DNA of 7,425 nucleotides from a virus (Duplodnaviria; Heunggongvirae; Uroviricota; Caudoviricetes): IMG/VR virus record IMGVR_UViG_2690316131_000009; one strand, 5' to 3'. Shown piece by piece: positions 6,223 to 7,425 of this stretch (position 1 is its first letter; each line of letters starts with the position of its first letter). The notes under the pieces were generated by a model. It saw only the letters and a program-made list of their open reading frames with translations, ran no database searches and was not told where the DNA came from. The position numbers and the translations under genes were made by a program.

Positions 6223-6514
6223 TGTTTGCCTCCTGGAAAATAACTGCATGCCCCAGCTTCTCCGCCAGTGCCAGTTCTGCCTTAGCGCCTGCCGACCGCT
6301 GCCAGCCTTTCAGCATGTAAATCGCATCCACGCAGCGTATCATTGACATGCAAATATCCATGTAGTGCGGCTGTGTCAGCCCGTCCGGAAGTACTGCCGG
6401 GTTTAAGACTGTATGCCCTTCCCGTTTCAGTTCCTCTTCCGCCTTGTGGAACGCCTCACGGTTGAAATTTTTATACCCGGTCATCGGACCGGCGATATAA
6501 ACCCTCACCCTCAC
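6215..6514 (-). CDS. DUF4406-like protein (nucleoside 2-deoxyribosyltransferase-like fold)
   Basis: 99 aa with the hallmark N-terminal VYIAGPMTG motif and ...LKGWQRSAGAKAELALAEKLG. GTG start at 6514..6512 overlaps the upstream TGA (GTGA), with AGGAGG 7 nt upstream. Confidence 0.8.
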   Translation of the reverse strand: MRVRVYIAGPMTGYKNFNREAFHKAEEELKREGHTVLNPAVLPDGLTQPHYMDICMSMIRCVDAIYMLKGWQRSAGAKAELALAEKLGHAVIFQEANSE

Positions 6515-6903
6515 TCCATCACCTCCTGAAAATTACCCCGATAGAACGCCAGTACACGTTGCATTGATTCGCTGTTACGGCATTCCCGGCAAATTATGTT
6601 CATGTCTCTGTCGTAGCGACGGATTTCACCATCAGGTAACTTCCGGACCAGTGCCGGGTCAGCTTTCTTCGGAGTTTTACACCACGCCTGATACGCCTGT
6701 TCTGATACAAAAACACCGTATTTACCGGATATGTACAAATCACCACAAGCAACCACATCCACAAGACAACGTCTGACCGTATGCCAGCCCGCCCCCGTTG
6801 CCCTCTCCAGTTGCGACATCGTCATGCGTTTGTTCCTGTGTACCAGCCCGATAATTCGTGCCTTCAGTTCTTCCCGCTGTTCAGGTGTAAAAACGCTTGC
6901 CAT
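6511..6903 (-). CDS. Hypothetical phage protein (130 aa), possible N-terminal HTH
   Basis: ATG at 6903 preceded by AGGAGG with a 5-nt spacer. Segment MTMSQLERATGAGWHTVRRCL is HTH-like; a C-terminal CRECRN is present. No confident family. Confidence 0.7.
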   Translation of the reverse strand: MASVFTPEQREELKARIIGLVHRNKRMTMSQLERATGAGWHTVRRCLVDVVACGDLYISGKYGVFVSEQAYQAWCKTPKKADPALVRKLPDGEIRRYDRDMNIICRECRNSESMQRVLAFYRGNFQEVME

Positions 6904-6917
6904 GAGTCCTCCTGAAA

Positions 6918-7425
6918 TTACTTCGCAACCCTTAAATGACTGACATTTGAACGCCAGCTCTCCCAGTTAAAATTCACCCAGCGACCACCGTTCATGGTCA
7001 TGCGGTCCATCACGCGCTCACCAAGCAGCGTATTCATCGCCGCATGGTTCAGGTTCGTCAGCATCCCGACGCTGTGCATCGAGGCCGTTCTGCGATCGAC
7101 TATCTGGTTCAGTGTGACCTGTTCGTTACGCGTATCCCGCTGCATACCGATTTCATCCAGGATAAGCAGGTCAACTTCACACAACCCCTGCAAAAACTTT
7201 TCGCCCGAGTTTTTGTTGTCGTAGTTGCCGTGTAACGCCAGCATCACATCCGCCACCGTCACCACAATCACGCTGCGACCTTTCGCCAGAAGATGGTTGC
7301 CAATGGCTGCTGCCAGATGATTCTTTCCGGTACCCGGCTTACCGCTGAACACAAAATTCGTGCACCCGGTCATCAGTTCGTCAGCTATGGATTTGGCCTG
7401 GCTCAGCGCGTATTTTTGCCCGTCG
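6918..7425 (-). CDS. DnaC-like replication helper ATPase (helicase loader), partial; 5' end beyond window
   Basis: Reading frame open to the window edge. Walker A GKPGTGKNHLAAAIG, Walker B DLLILDEIG, and a DnaC-like C-terminus (TNLNHAAMNTLLGERVMDRM). Confidence 0.85.
   Translation of the reverse strand, partial: DGQKYALSQAKSIADELMTGCTNFVFSGKPGTGKNHLAAAIGNHLLAKGRSVIVVTVADVMLALHGNYDNKNSGEKFLQGLCEVDLLILDEIGMQRDTRNEQVTLNQIVDRRTASMHSVGMLTNLNHAAMNTLLGERVMDRMTMNGGRWVNFNWESWRSNVSHLRVAK

Noticed and set aside
1-7425. Looked for tRNA or rRNA genes, CRISPR repeats, IS terminal inverted repeats and att-like direct repeats
   Set aside because: None recognised by eye; no repeat-spacer periodicity or transposase-like ORF. 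A computational repeat search would be needed to exclude short att sites.

Overview
This window reads as the early-right / nin / Q segment of a lambdoid enterobacterial prophage, with almost every gene on the minus strand. In transcription order (high to low coordinate): a DnaC-like replication helper (5' end outside the window), several small phage proteins including a DUF4406 protein, a tightly coupled cassette (small membrane protein, HNH endonuclease, 114-aa unknown, 27-aa hydrophobic micropeptide), a 90-aa unknown, a DUF968 protein, RusA, antiterminator Q, a tR'-like terminator, then AT-rich cargo (small winged-helix-like protein and an AppY/YdeO-like AraC regulator that looks C-terminally disrupted). 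A ParD/ParE toxin-antitoxin pair lies on the plus strand with its own promoter, convergent on the HNH cassette and sharing a bidirectional terminator with it. No rRNA, tRNA, CRISPR array or IS element was recognised. The most novel candidate is the HNH cassette with its micropeptide, which is absent from the ORF track. All family assignments are from reading motifs by eye, not from database searches.
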